Positions 1-11,863 of a stretch of 45,414 nt of DNA are shown piece by piece. Source of the DNA: Craspedostauros australis (taxonomy: Eukaryota); contig JALAGF010004863.1 in the NCBI GenBank assembly GCA_030167865.1, positions 1 through 45,414 of the forward strand. The letters run 5' to 3'. Every line of letters begins with the position of its first letter. Position 1 is the first letter of the stretch. Both the position numbers and the translations under genes were made by a program. Under the pieces are notes generated by a model. The model worked only from the letters and a program-made list of their open reading frames with translations, had not been told where the DNA came from and made no database searches.

Positions 1-300
1 CATGCAGCAAAACGATCGAAATACGAGTCTTTGTATTGGCAGCAACGCAGAAAGGACAATCAGAACGCAAAGCGCTAATATAACAATAGCAACAGTCGTC
101 CTGTGGTGGATGTATCTCGAATCCTGCTTCTACTGATTGTGGCACGTATATTGATTGTGTCACATAGCATGGGCAAGCATTTGTTGTTGTGAGCACGTTT
201 GGCTCATTTTGCGCCTGATTTCGTCGTTGCGAGAATGGAGGTCCAAACGTGGCAGAATCGGTCCATGTGCCAAGACACGAATCATTGGACCTCAGCGAAC

Positions 301-455
301 ATTCAATGAAACTAATCCGCTTTCAATGAAACTAACCTAGTTTCAATGAATCTAACCTCGGTTCAATGAAACTAACCTCGGTTCAATGAAACTAACCTCG
401 GTTCAATGAAACTAATCCGCTTTCAATGAAACTAGTCTACTTTCAATGAAAGTAG
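301..455. repeat. Tandem array, 8 copies of a 20-bp unit (NTTCAATGAAACTAA-N5) with quasi-palindromic core TTTCA-A-TGAAA
   Basis: Units start at 301, 321, 341 ... 441. TTCAATGAA is invariant in all 8. The last unit lies in a perfect inverted repeat CTACTTTCA-A-TGAAAGTAG (437-455). Confidence 0.95.
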
Positions 456-1051
456 AGATACCTCGTAGTACGTATATAACGTCTACTTAACGTTCCATGG
501 ATGAAGATCTTGCAATTGGTTTTGACTTGTCCGCATCGGAGACACTGTCGAACACGGCATGGGTGGGGTGGAGGACAGACGTCCATTCTCCAGGCACGGT
601 TTCAACGAATTTCCCGTGCCTTGCAGGCGTTGTTTTCGCAATGTCCACGTATTATTACATGTATGATATATATTGCCGTGACTTCCACTCCTGATTGACT
701 CATTGGACTATAATATCTGTCTGTCTTTCCACCCGTTGTCGCAGAATCCAACCAACCAACAAAACGAAACAACACAAAACACGAAGGAGGCCACGCTTCT
801 CACAAAATGGCGAAATCTGTCCACAGAATCCGACCACAACGCCTCACGACACACAAGAGCCAATCCAGAAGACGCCACCACCAGCAACATCTCCACCTTC
901 CTGTCATCGTCATCATCATCATCATCATCATCACCGCTGTCACCGCTGTCATCGCTGTCATCGACACCTACCCGTACCTATCCACAACTTCAACCTCAAC
1001 ACAGCACAACCGGCGCAACCGACATACACAACCGAACAAGCTGCAGCCAAG

Positions 1052-2586
1052 ATGCCCAGACGTGGTGGAAAACGCAAGAAGAGCCGCACCCATCAGCCGG
1101 AGATCGAGTCCGCGCAGGGTGCCCTCACAAGTTCGGAGGAGAGCAAGATCCCAAAGTCTCTGGTGGTGAGTGGACGCACGGGCAGTGTTCCTGCGCTTTC
1201 GGATCTGTTGCATCACTTTGGCACTCTACTTTCAGAATAGGACTTGCATGTTCGCCATCTCCACGATCTTTCTTCCACCAGCTCGCTCCCTTGCTCATCA
1301 TCACCGGAAATTGCTCCTTCCTTCATCTATCTTTGCACCCACCTTCTCATCCAACTATCTCATCCAACTATCTATCCATTCAGATTCGAAGAGGCAAATG
1401 TGAAAGCCAAGTGGCCGATCTGGTGCAGGACGTCCGAAAGATCATGATGCCGTACACGGCGCAGAAATTCCAGGAGGATGCCTCGTTCCGAAAGATGACG
1501 CTGAGCAAGTACTGCCAGCATGTTTGTTTGCCGCTCGGCGTCTCGCACATCCTCGCCTTCTCGCAGAATGAGGAACGTCTCAATTTCCGTGTCGCCAAGA
1601 CGCCGCAGGGACCCACCCTGACCTTCCGCGTCCATCGTTTCAGTCTCGCCAAGCACGTGCAGCGTTTGCAAAAGCGTCCCATCAACATCAACACGATCAC
1701 GACCAACCCGCCGATCGTCGTGACCAACAACTTTGGAGATGCGACGGCGCCGCCGCAGGTAAAATTGATGCGGATCACGTTCCAGAACATGTTTCCGGCG
1801 ATCAACGTTGCGGCCGTGAGCTTGAAGGATGTGCGACGAGTCGTCCTGTTTCATCTGATTGACGAGGAGGAAGATGCCGCCAATGGTGCTTCTGCAGATG
1901 GCGATGCCGAGTCCGATTCAGAACAGCAGCCAAAGACAACGAAACAGCGCATCGAAGTGCGTCACTACGCCATCAAGGCAACGCCCGTCGGCATCAACCG
2001 CAAAGTCCGGCGACTCGTGCAAACCAAGCTGCCCAACTTGAACAAGGTCCAGGACATTGCTGATTACATTGCCGGCACGGCGACGGCATCCACCAACGTC
2101 GACGCGGCAAGCGACTCCGAACCCGAAGATGGCAACGCCGTCGTGCAGCTGGCGCAGAACTACGCGGGACGCGGCAACCAACGTCAGCAGAAATCAGCGT
2201 TGAAATTGGTCGAGCTGGGTCCGCGCATATCGTTGGAATTGATCAAGGTCGAGCAGGGGGTGCCCGGGGACCGCAATTCCAGCAACGCCGTCATGTACAA
2301 TGCGCACGTCACGAAGACGCCCGCGGAGATCAAAGAATTGCAAGCCAGGAAGGCCAAGGAAGCGATGCAGAAGCAGCAACGTCGGTTGCAGCAGGAGCGC
2401 AATGTGGAGCGGAAGCAGAAAGAGCGCGACGAGAAGCGGGATACCAAGAAACGGAGGCGGGAAGAGCGGGAGCAACAGGCAATGCAGGAACTACGAAGCG
2501 GCGGTGCGGCGGAAATGGACGACAGCGATGCTGATGATGGCAGTGACGATGAAAACGACGACGACGGTAGTGACGATGACAACTAG
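1052..2586 (+). CDS. PPAN: Peter Pan / Ssf1 Brix-domain ribosome biogenesis protein; join(1052..1165,1384..2586)
   Basis: MPRRGGKRKKSRTH...IPKSLV|IRRGK...LVQDVRKIMMPYTA, PQGPTLTFRV, FQNMFPAINV, IEVRHYAI and LVELGPRISLELIKVEQG match the Brix/PPAN motifs. A GTGAGT..CAG intron at 1166-1383 joins the two ORFs in frame. Confidence 0.92.
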
Positions 2587-2740
2587 AGAATAAACGAATA
2601 ACCACACACTCTGTGAATTCTATGGCGTTGCATTCATGCTACCATACCATGCTTAGTCTAGAGAGAGTCTAACACAATTGTACAATAGTTCCAGATCCCA
2701 TGATGTCCTCTGCGCTGCTCTACTCGCACGTCTTCTGCGA

Positions 2741-3853
2741 TTATCCTATCCGCCGCATGTCCAAGGTGTAATCTTGCAATGACACAGCGCGGTTTCTGGC
2801 ATCAAAGTACAACGTGTCGCTGTTGGCGTTCAGATAGCCAGCAATTCTCAGCTTCCCAACCACATGTTGAGCATCGATGCGTTCCAGTTCCCAGATGTAC
2901 TCCGTGTCCGTCGTGATTGGCGGCACGGTATTTTGATTGGTCAGAGCAAAGATGGAGCGTTGCACTTCGTATCCTGCCCAACGGCCATCGGTCGGCGTCT
3001 GCATCTCTCCATGGCTCGTGACGAAGACCTTTTGCGCAGCCGGTCCCTTGAAGGATACTACGGTCGTTTGCAACGGATCTTCCATGGTCCCACCGGCTTT
3101 CAGCACGGACTGCCGGTTGGATTGGCGCACGTCAGAATAGTTGACCGACGCGACGACCGATTTGCCAGCAAAGGAATTGAGTCGCTGTTTGGTGTTGTAC
3201 AGACGATCTTCCACCACAGAAACAGCATTTTCGTTCTGGAATGTGGTGGAGATGTATCGCAGCTTGAGCAGGATCGGCTTTTGCAATTGCTGCTTCGTTT
3301 CTTGCAACGAGGCCTGGGCGATGGATTCCGATCCGTTGGGGCCTCCGATGTATTTCAAGCCCAGCGGCGTTTGGACGTCGACGAGAGTTTGCGTGACATC
3401 CCATTCTCCTTGCAACCACGATGGGAAGCTCATGTTGTCAATCCCATTGCTGATTGCGGATGTTGCTGTGGCCGGTGGAGGAGGCAGAGTCAGGATCGTC
3501 TTTTCGAAACGCTCGGCTATGCGATTCTGCGAGGCTGATGCTGCGATAGCGTTTTGCGGAAAGCCAAGGCACAGCAATGATGCTGATGCGGATGTCGCAA
3601 CCGTCGCCAATGCCGAAACAAAAGACCTTCGATCAGCACGTTGCGCTAAGGATGGAGATGTTTCAGTGAGTCCAGCGCCATCATGATTGACTTGTGCCGA
3701 TCGCACATCCTCTGGATGGGATTGATGGTGAGCATTCGATCCTTGACATTTGCCAGCAACATCGGTCGTGCGAACGCTCCACGCATTGACGGGTGCTGTG
3801 TGATACAACACTAAGGCAATCGTCAGGAATTGAAGGTTGGAGGCGACAATCAT
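2741..3853 (-). CDS. Putative plastid thylakoid-lumen protein (DUF6816-like), ~370 aa
   Basis: ATG at 3853 gives a signal peptide MIVASNLQFLTIALVLYHTAPVNA-W, a transit-like segment, then DRRSFVSALA...PQNAIAA (twin-Arg, hydrophobic stretch, AxA). The mature part contains FPSWLQGEWDV. Upstream in-frame sequence is microsatellite/UTR-like. The domain name is from recall. Confidence 0.7.
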   Translation of the reverse strand: MIVASNLQFLTIALVLYHTAPVNAWSVRTTDVAGKCQGSNAHHQSHPEDVRSAQVNHDGAGLTETSPSLAQRADRRSFVSALATVATSASASLLCLGFPQNAIAASASQNRIAERFEKTILTLPPPPATATSAISNGIDNMSFPSWLQGEWDVTQTLVDVQTPLGLKYIGGPNGSESIAQASLQETKQQLQKPILLKLRYISTTFQNENAVSVVEDRLYNTKQRLNSFAGKSVVASVNYSDVRQSNRQSVLKAGGTMEDPLQTTVVSFKGPAAQKVFVTSHGEMQTPTDGRWAGYEVQRSIFALTNQNTVPPITTDTEYIWELERIDAQHVVGKLRIAGYLNANSDTLYFDARNRAVSLQDYTLDMRRIG

Positions 3854-4137
3854 GATCCCCGGATGGAAAAGGTGCCTGGAAGCAGGATGTCGGACTTCCA
3901 ATCGTTCGCGTGATGGATGTGTTCGAGTCACACAGGAGATCGCTATCAAACGACTGCTCCTTCTTCCGTTTTCACAAGGTGATGGATGGACGAATGAATG
4001 AATGCATTGGTGGATTGGTTGTTGGATGAATGGGAAACAGTGACTCCCGGAAGGTTGACTGGTTGACTGGTTGACTAGCTGGTGAATGGCCGCAACAGGG
4101 ACTTGCGCCTCACTTGGGGAATGGCTGTTGCAACTTG

Positions 4138-4162
4138 CTCTCTCTCTCTCTCTCTCTCTCTC
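4138..4162. repeat. (CT)n microsatellite
   Basis: Direct reading. Confidence 0.9.
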
Positions 4163-4890
4163 ACTCTTCTTAGTCGTAGTGCAGCTGGGTGTGCGTACTG
4201 CTGGTCTCACACGAGTGTATCCATGCAATGATGTGTTGTGTATGAATCACCATCTCGTCTGCGTCGGATGCCGATGACGAAGTTTCGGTGAACGAGAAGG
4301 AAAATTGGGTTGATGGGGGCCTGCTTTAGTCCCAAACTGACACGAAGCCAAAGAGAATCGTAGTACGAGTAGTCTACGACATGGGCATTAGTCCATGGAT
4401 TGGCAAGGCCAAAGATCGACCAGCTGTTGTATGATAGCTACAGTGGATGAGACACCGTAGGAGGACAGTGGACTTCAACGGCTTCAATGGCCTCAACGAG
4501 GGTTAAGTTGTTTTTGTTCTTGCCAAGGGTTGATCTTACTTGTTGACGAAGAGGGCGGGGCATGAACGAAAGGATGAATGAAGGAAAGGATGAATGAAGG
4601 AAAGAAGGGACAGTCGCACGAACGAAGCTGGTCGGGTCAGGCGCGCGGTGGGCATCGCAAGTGCTCGAGAGCGAGCATAGGTACAACTTGGAGCGGACAA
4701 CACAGGGCAAAGCAGAGAGGAATATGTGAACTGGGTGGTAAAGCTCTACTATTCTATTGTATTTTGCAGTGATCAACGTTGTATGCACTTGCGTGCTACT
4801 ACCGTCCCACTTTGTGTATATGTAAGATTGTGCGAGTGCATGTACGAGTGGCCGCGTGTCCGGTACAGGTATGGTGCGTATGGACGTCGC

Positions 4891-6123
4891 CTAAGAAGCC
4901 TGGAACGGAAGAATGGGAATCGTTGGGAACAGGACAAGCGGTGATACTCGTGGAGAGAGGCTGGTTGCCAGATCGCTGGCCCGTGGAGACGCCAGCTCCC
5001 ACGATTGCGACGACCTTGACAAGTTTCTGCCAAAGCAGGACAGCAGCGATGACCGCGCGCCCGCCGTGTTGTGAGGCTGCCTTGTTTCATCCTCGCTTTC
5101 TCCTTGGTCCTCTTGTTGTGCTTGCCACCGCTGTTCTGTGTATCGAGTCGTACCGTCGTCTGCTTCCATGGCTCTATCAGCGTCACCGTCAGGCTCCTCA
5201 GCATCGAGCGATGACAGTTCCACGTCTCGAGGCAGCGTCTTGATCGTGATCGACTGCTTGGAGAGGGCGCCCGGTCTTCGACCGTACCTGCGGCGCGTCT
5301 TCTGGCTGCTCTGATCGCCATCAATGCGATCGCTCTCTATGCTGCTGCTGCTGTTGCCGCGGCTCTCTGGAGTGATCGTGGTTCTGTGGCTTGACGCTGC
5401 GCTGGTTGCGTGTTGTGCGGACGAGTAGGCATCGGCATGGTCCGGAAAGATGGAGGCTTCGGCTTTCCCGTCAGCCCTCGTCGTCGTTGGTGACGGCACG
5501 CGTGGGCTTTCGCAATCTTCCTTGCCGAACGGAATGGATTGCACAGATTGAATCAGCGCCAGCAATCGTTGGCTTGAACCTGGGAGTGAACCAGAAGATT
5601 GCTTGCGGGTGTTTCGATGCCCAGCTCCCATACCTTGCAATGATGTGCTTTGCCGTTGCATCGTGTCTTTGCTTTGGTCCCGAAACTCGTGGATGCTGGG
5701 GCGGCGGTGGATCGTTCGCAGCTGCTGAGACTTGATACTGCGTGGCGGCGGAGCTACCAAGGTCCATCCTAACGACGACGATGAGGTTCCCGAAGAGGTA
5801 TTGCCATCCGTGTTCATGGGTGTGCTGCGCCAGATGCTTTTCAGGAACTTCGACGTCCGCAGGGATGAGCACTTGAGTTCACGGCTCCATTCCAGCGGTT
5901 TCTTCTCATCTGTCGTGATTGTTGGCGATGTATCAGACATCTTCATCGCCGCATGCTTCGTGGAAGACCGTGAAGGCTGCGTTGGAGGCATCGGCGGCAT
6001 TTCCGCCTTCATGAATGATGATAGCATCGAATCGGCCTTCGCCAGCTCTTCTGAATGCATGGGTGATGGGGCGATCGATTCGTTGGCCTCGATGGTGGCT
6101 TGGTAATCAAAACAATCCTGCAT
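4891..6123 (-). CDS. Hypothetical Ser/Thr/Arg-rich, probably disordered protein (410 aa)
   Basis: Long ATG-initiated ORF preceded by CA-rich UTR-like sequence. No recognisable domain; contains basophilic motifs (RRPS, RRRYGRR). Confidence 0.5.
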   Translation of the reverse strand: MQDCFDYQATIEANESIAPSPMHSEELAKADSMLSSFMKAEMPPMPPTQPSRSSTKHAAMKMSDTSPTITTDEKKPLEWSRELKCSSLRTSKFLKSIWRSTPMNTDGNTSSGTSSSSLGWTLVAPPPRSIKSQQLRTIHRRPSIHEFRDQSKDTMQRQSTSLQGMGAGHRNTRKQSSGSLPGSSQRLLALIQSVQSIPFGKEDCESPRVPSPTTTRADGKAEASIFPDHADAYSSAQHATSAASSHRTTITPESRGNSSSSIESDRIDGDQSSQKTRRRYGRRPGALSKQSITIKTLPRDVELSSLDAEEPDGDADRAMEADDGTTRYTEQRWQAQQEDQGESEDETRQPHNTAGARSSLLSCFGRNLSRSSQSWELASPRASDLATSLSPRVSPLVLFPTIPILPFQAS

Positions 6124-8472
6124 GGTGTTATGCGATGGTTATCGATGCTGTTGCGTTGGCGTGATAGGTGGCAGCGCTGATGTGCGGTTGCTCGGATTGT
6201 GGCTGGATGGTGATTGCGATTGTTGCGATTGTGGTTGTGACAGCGATTGTCAAAGAAATAGATTGTGAGTCCTCTTCTGCACACGCAGACACGGACTGGT
6301 GTTGGTCTGCGTGGTTATCTTCCCTCTCTCTCGTTCTCTCGTTCTCTCGTTCCCTCGTTCCCTCGCTCTCTCTTTCTCTTTTATCTCCCTCCCTGATTGT
6401 GTCGTGCTTCTTTCCTCTCCTGCAAGCCAAGTGGTCCTTCTTACGTCGCTTCTGTTAGCGTGTCTGGATTCTCCGGCCAAAATTGAACCGGTCAACTGAC
6501 GAGCGGCTCCACGCTCTTGATTCACCAACGGAATGATCGTGTGTGGGGCAGTCCAAACTATTCCGTCTCTTTGTATGTTGGTGTCTGTACGAGTACAAAT
6601 GCCTTGTGTGTGTCGTTGAAGGCGTCTCGGCCGTTTGTGTGTGTGATGATGTGATTGTGTGATTGTGTGACAGCGTTTGTGAGTATGTGTGCGTGTGCGT
6701 GCGGAGGGTTACGGCCTGTGGTCTTCCTCTTGTGCGCCGCGCGTTCACTTCGGTGCGCTTTGTGGGCGACTTGTTGTTGATAGCACCAACAGCCAACCTC
6801 CTCGTCGTCGTTGTCTTAATTGTCGTGCTTGATGTCACACGCTCCACATACGAATGCGGGTACGACTGGAGCAAAGAGCAACAACCGTCATTTCTTCGAA
6901 CGCGATCGTCAATCATCCATCGTCTCTCTATTGTCTATCATCTGTCATTTGTCACCCATTCGTTGACCTCTTCCTTGCCGAGAGTGCGCAAGGGACGGGA
7001 GTCATGATGTGCCAGCGCTTGTGTTTGACTTTAGATGCGCCTCGTCCTCCGAACATCGACGCGCGCTCTCTCATGTTCTTCCCTTGTTGTTTTGGACGCT
7101 CTTGTGTTCGCAGCGTGTAACTTTTTCGTTTCGTTTTGCTCGCCTTGTGTGTGCTGCAATGTGTCAATTGTTGCACTTTTGTTTGTGCGACATGCCACAC
7201 GACTGGAACAAATATCATTTGCGAGGACGTCGTGCAACAACACGAAGCTCGGTGCAAGGGCGTTGATCGTTGCATGACCCATATACTTATGCCTTTCGAT
7301 CATGTTCATGATTGATCGAGATAAGGACTATCGTGTGTCCGAGCTGGCTGAGTTGCTTGGACTCATGGCTTGTACGAGGGCTCGTGACGCTCCCAACGTC
7401 CAAGTTCCTCTCTGCAACAGTCCGTAGTACTTGGAGTTCAGAGTGTTCCGCTGTGCCGCAGCCACGGTAATTGTGCTTTGCGGTCATTTGATCGCCAAAA
7501 AGGATGATTCCCCAAGAAAGGAGAAGTGACTCACAAACATGGCGGTTGGTTGCGTCTGGCCCACTCGTTGACGGTACCAGCCGCGTTCTCTCCAAGAAGA
7601 CGCGATGGGGAAACAGCACGGAGACGCCACAATCATCGGCAAACGAAAATTTGAACTGCAAGGAATTGGCCGGAGTGCGTTGGAGCAGTGATGTTACTCT
7701 ATTTCACAAAGCAATGCGATGAACTGAAAGGCAAAGGGAACACAAAATGCAGAGAGCAATCTCTCTCTGGGACGCGTTCGCGCTCCCTCTGGAGAGAGCA
7801 AGGACAGGCGTAGCAACGAATGAGTGCAGCTATCGTCATGGTTGCGTCAGCATGCATCGTGCTCTGGACATCATCTGTTCCGCGCACTGCGGATGTCGCG
7901 TTCTGCTGCACACTCTTTCCTTCTTTGGTGCGGCTTCTGACAAGAACAACAGTCTTGCCATTCCCGTACACCACTCTGCACGTCTTGATTGATGCTCCAC
8001 TAGAATACGCAAACGGTTGAAGACACGAACGTAAGTGCAAGGGAAGGACGAAGCAACGGAAACGAATTCTCTAAGCGAAGTAGTTCTGTCGGTATTGGTA
8101 CCTGTGGCATGTTGAACCGCTAGAACTAGGCGTGATTGTGAAGCGGCAACATTCTTCTGGGTTGTGATGATTGGCCTCAACTTCACAAAATCTTGACGCT
8201 CAGCCAAAACATGACCGGCGACTCCTTCCGCAGCTAGTCCGCATCCCGCAACACTGGAGTTCCAAATCCTTTTGCCATGATGTACGTATGAGTGCGGGCA
8301 TTGGGATGCGCAGCAAGTGCAATGTTAAGAGTAAAATAGGGTATGAAACTGGGCCGTCCAAGCGATCTTGTTTGCGTACAAGGATATAAAGTTCCGCCCA
8401 ACGCGATACGACCTACTCCGCTCCACTCCATGACACGGACGACCGCTCTTCAGGCGTGAATGGCCCCGTACG

Positions 8473-9864
8473 TTACACGACCTGCATGTTCCTGAGCTTC
8501 TTCATGCTCTCGTCCCACAGCGTGTCGATTTCCTCCGTTGACTCTTCATCGCCATCCGCATCATCGATCGATCTTTCGTCCGGGGTGTGCTTACGTTGCT
8601 TCCTTCGTCGCCGCACCACGAAGCAGTGACGCAGCGTGAGGAGGACAAGGAAACCGCAGGCAGCCATCGTTCCGGACGTCACAATCAACTTTTCGAGATC
8701 ACTGATCGCGTACCGCGTCACTCGCGTCTCCAGCGCGAAAACGGCGCAGACCGCGAGCACGAATTTGGGAGAGCACACGCTGGCGGTGAACTTCTTGAGC
8801 TGTGGCATGAATGGCGCCGTTGTGGTGGCCGAGCCGGCGGAGCAGGTTCCTATCACGCAGAACAGGACCATCGCTGTCTGTGTGAGGCAGTTGAGACGGA
8901 TGTTGCTGATGCCACCCGGGAACATCAAGCCGGCGTACACCCAAAACACGGAACCGATGGTGTGGTGCAGACCAATGAGGAAGATGTAGGTGCCGCTCGT
9001 GAAGCTCTCAACGTGCCTGAACTTCCTGTACATCTGAATCTGGGGCAGCAACGCAAATGACTCCAGGATGGACGCCGTGTCCTGGAACACCATCTGCGGT
9101 TGATCGTGGGACATCCAGCGATCCAATCCCAGGCAGATGCTGGGCACGAGCAGGAAGAGCCAATGGGGGAAGTCGTCCTGCTCGGCCCTGTACGTTTTGT
9201 ACACGGGGTGCTGCATCCAGGGCGTCATCACCGCGATTGCGCAGAACGTGGAAAGCGCGAGGAAAAGGCTGAGCAACGTTCCGTAGGCGTTCCATCCATG
9301 GAATTCAAAATCTTTGAAGAAGAGCTGCTCAATGTGACCATACCTCAGCAGGTACACGACCAGCAGGATCTCCTGCGTCTTGCGGGATATCCCTGCAAAC
9401 GAGGCGATGCGCGCAGAGATGGATGGGGACGAGAATGGACAGGGAAAATGAGTGAGGCAGAGATAGACAGAGAGAGAGAGAGAGAGGGTTAGCCAGTCAT
9501 CCATCCATCCATCCATCCATCCAACCAGTCAACTGGAGAGAAGAGGATTTTGACGAGCGCGAAGATGGCGAAGCAGGCGAGATTTGCCGGGCGACCAAGG
9601 AACGATCGTGTCTACTCCACGTCGGATTACGATGTAACTCCAACGCATATGGCACGAAAGCGCCAAACAAAGCACATCTGAAAGAGAGAGTCCGCTGGAC
9701 GGAAACGCTCTTTTTTGCACCAAGAAGTCATCCGCATCTTCGACAATCGAAGCATGGGTCTTACCCTGAGCATTCTTCGCCACAAACAATCGGTGCAGCA
9801 GCACGAATGTGGCTATGGTCTTCGTCCACAGCGCGGCAACCTCTGCCACCTTCCACGAGATCAT
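8473..9864 (-). CDS. Divergent ER lumen protein-retaining (KDEL/ERD2) receptor-like protein, paralogue 1; complement(join(8473..9392,9765..9864)), ~339 aa
   Basis: NAQ-G-ISRKTQEILLVVYLLRY, TYRAEQDDFPHW and SILESFALLPQI correspond to ERD2 GISxKSQ..RY, TYDxxHDTF and LESVAILPQL. Phase-1 GT-AG intron at 9393-9764. Confidence 0.8.
9498..9523. repeat. (CATC)n microsatellite next to an (AG)n tract, inside the ERD2-like intron
   Basis: Direct reading. Confidence 0.85.
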
Positions 9865-10267
9865 CGTTGCGTCTCTTCGTTGATCAATGGGTCGTCAAGT
9901 TTGGTACCCCGATCTTCTGTGATGGTTGTGGAATGTGTACAGTCGAGCGTGAGTGCGGATACGAGCAGATGACCATGTCCCTCCGTTCCTCGTTTGTTTG
10001 TTCTCGTGGCAACAACGCGCCGAAGTGTTTCTCTTGTTGTTGCTGTTACTCTCGTTGGAGGGAGGTACTGTGAAAGTCTTATACATGAATGACTCAAGGG
10101 AATGACTCATGTGACTAAACAACTGGTAGCCTGCGAAGTAGACAGAAAGAGACTGCAAATCGATCGACAAAGGCTGGCGGAGGCACTGCTTTCTTGAGAG
10201 TACTCACTCATAAGAGGACGGTAATCTACACGTTATATCCACTCTACTCCCTACATGTGCTAGTATT

Positions 10268-11863
10268 CTACATGGAACCATACCTGGTCCTCTCCAATTC
10301 AGCAATGGATTCGTCATCGAACAATGATTGACTGTTTGCATTTGGTGCAAGCCGGTGACGGCGTCGGAGCTTCAGCCGGTCCTCTCGTAGTTCGATGACA
10401 GGACACGCAAGTAGAACGGTGAACACCACGAAGAATGCGATGTGCACGGTATTCCATCCATGTGTGGTGTGTGCATACCGTACCAACGTGGCCTGCAGCA
10501 ACTGCGCGACACCTCCCAGAGTGAACCCAACGCCAACCAGCACCCCAAAGTTCGTGAAACCGAACTGCTGCGACAGAGAAGTGAGGAAGACGGGGTACAT
10601 GAACTGCTGGAACAGGCTGTTGGCGACGAAGGCCGCCTCCATCATGACCCGATGTGGACCAGCAAGCAGCATCAGAAGCACGTAGAGTTGGCCCAGCCCA
10701 ATGGCCACGAAGCTCACCGCAATGACTCCGTACCGATCGATGGACGCCCCGGCGAACACCGATGCCACCGATCCAAGCGAGATCACGAACGTGAAATCAA
10801 TGGTCAGCTCGTGGTTCGTGGCTGCGTCGAAAGCGCTCTTGTCGTTCAGCTCGGTGCTCAATGATACAGTCGCGAAGCTCGTTGTGAAGCACGACGCCAC
10901 GAAGACCAGCAGCGCACGGGCGTACGTCCACGTTGAAAGCTGGACATACGCTGGTTGACTCTTCAAGTTGAGGACCACCGGCCGTGATTTTGCATCGTCA
11001 TCATCTAATTGGGGGACGGTCGAAAGAAAGGGCTCTGAGCTTTTCTGCGTCTCATCACATGCGGTTGGCTGCTGCGACGATTGCCCTTTCGACCCGCCTC
11101 CATCGTTGCTCCCTGTGCTAACGCCCGCGTCCATCTCGATGTGATGCAACAGGTTCGAGTCCGAGGAGCTGTCGCATGTTCCGTTCTTGTCGCTGCGTGG
11201 AGTGGTTTTGCTTGCATCATCGATGCGCTCAAAGGGCGAATCCGGGTACATAAAATAAGACCCCGCTGCCAAGAGTAGTACGACCGCACCGTAATGCCCG
11301 AAGATGCTTCGAAACGTGATGCCTTGACACGATCGCCAGATGGTGTCAAAGATGGCAAATACCGAAACGCTGATTGCCGTGGTTCCAGTCAGCAAACTCA
11401 TCATGAGGTTTTCGTGTCGAGGGAATAGGTTGGAGATGTGGATGATGGAGCAGATGGCGCCGGGCCCTCCAAATGCAACCATAGAAAGGCCCATCATGAT
11501 GGAAAGGTAACCTTGGGATAGTGCCACAATGAGGGCTCCCGATGCGACTATCAGGCAGGACACCATCGCGCACTTGCGTGGACCGAAGACGTCCAACACC
11601 ACACCAAGAATGAGCGAAGCACCCATCGCCAAGCTCGCCGCCACAGTGAAGATCTGTGTCGTTTGGACGGGTGTCAACTCAGCTCCGCCATTCACTTCGG
11701 CTGCAGCAAGCATGCCGCGATCGAGGCTGGCCCATCCAGAGATTACGGAGCCCACAAGGCTGTTCTGGACGATTGCAAAGCACACGCGGGCTACTCGGAA
11801 CTTCTTGGAGATCGGTGGCAGCACCGATGACGGCGTCGGTGGTGGCGATCGTGATGATGTCAT
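10268..11863 (-). CDS. MFS transporter, SLC43 (LAT3)/FMP42-like, 531 aa
   Basis: About 12 hydrophobic helices in a 6+6 arrangement with a long central loop. TM1 NSLVGSVISGWASL, motif A GVVLDVFGPR and GASIDRYG, HISNLFP, FGFTNFGVLVG. Confidence 0.85.
   Translation of the reverse strand: MTSSRSPPPTPSSVLPPISKKFRVARVCFAIVQNSLVGSVISGWASLDRGMLAAAEVNGGAELTPVQTTQIFTVAASLAMGASLILGVVLDVFGPRKCAMVSCLIVASGALIVALSQGYLSIMMGLSMVAFGGPGAICSIIHISNLFPRHENLMMSLLTGTTAISVSVFAIFDTIWRSCQGITFRSIFGHYGAVVLLLAAGSYFMYPDSPFERIDDASKTTPRSDKNGTCDSSSDSNLLHHIEMDAGVSTGSNDGGGSKGQSSQQPTACDETQKSSEPFLSTVPQLDDDDAKSRPVVLNLKSQPAYVQLSTWTYARALLVFVASCFTTSFATVSLSTELNDKSAFDAATNHELTIDFTFVISLGSVASVFAGASIDRYGVIAVSFVAIGLGQLYVLLMLLAGPHRVMMEAAFVANSLFQQFMYPVFLTSLSQQFGFTNFGVLVGVGFTLGGVAQLLQATLVRYAHTTHGWNTVHIAFFVVFTVLLACPVIELREDRLKLRRRHRLAPNANSQSLFDDESIAELERTRYGSM

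Noticed and set aside
301-455. CRISPR array (units resemble GTTTCAAT...GAAAC repeat ends)
   Set aside because: The variable part is only ~5 nt and is itself repeated, there are no cas genes, and the context is eukaryotic.
282-708. 9-bp direct repeat TCATTGGAC (282-290, 700-708) as a MULE/hAT target-site duplication around the array
   Set aside because: No inverted termini inside the repeats. The same word recurs at ~25370, so it is more likely a CCAAT-type motif or chance.
703-1383. N-terminal 227 aa of the 627-aa ORF as part of PPAN
   Set aside because: It is UTR microsatellite, exon 1 read in another frame, and intron read-through. The spliced model gives the conserved N-terminus.
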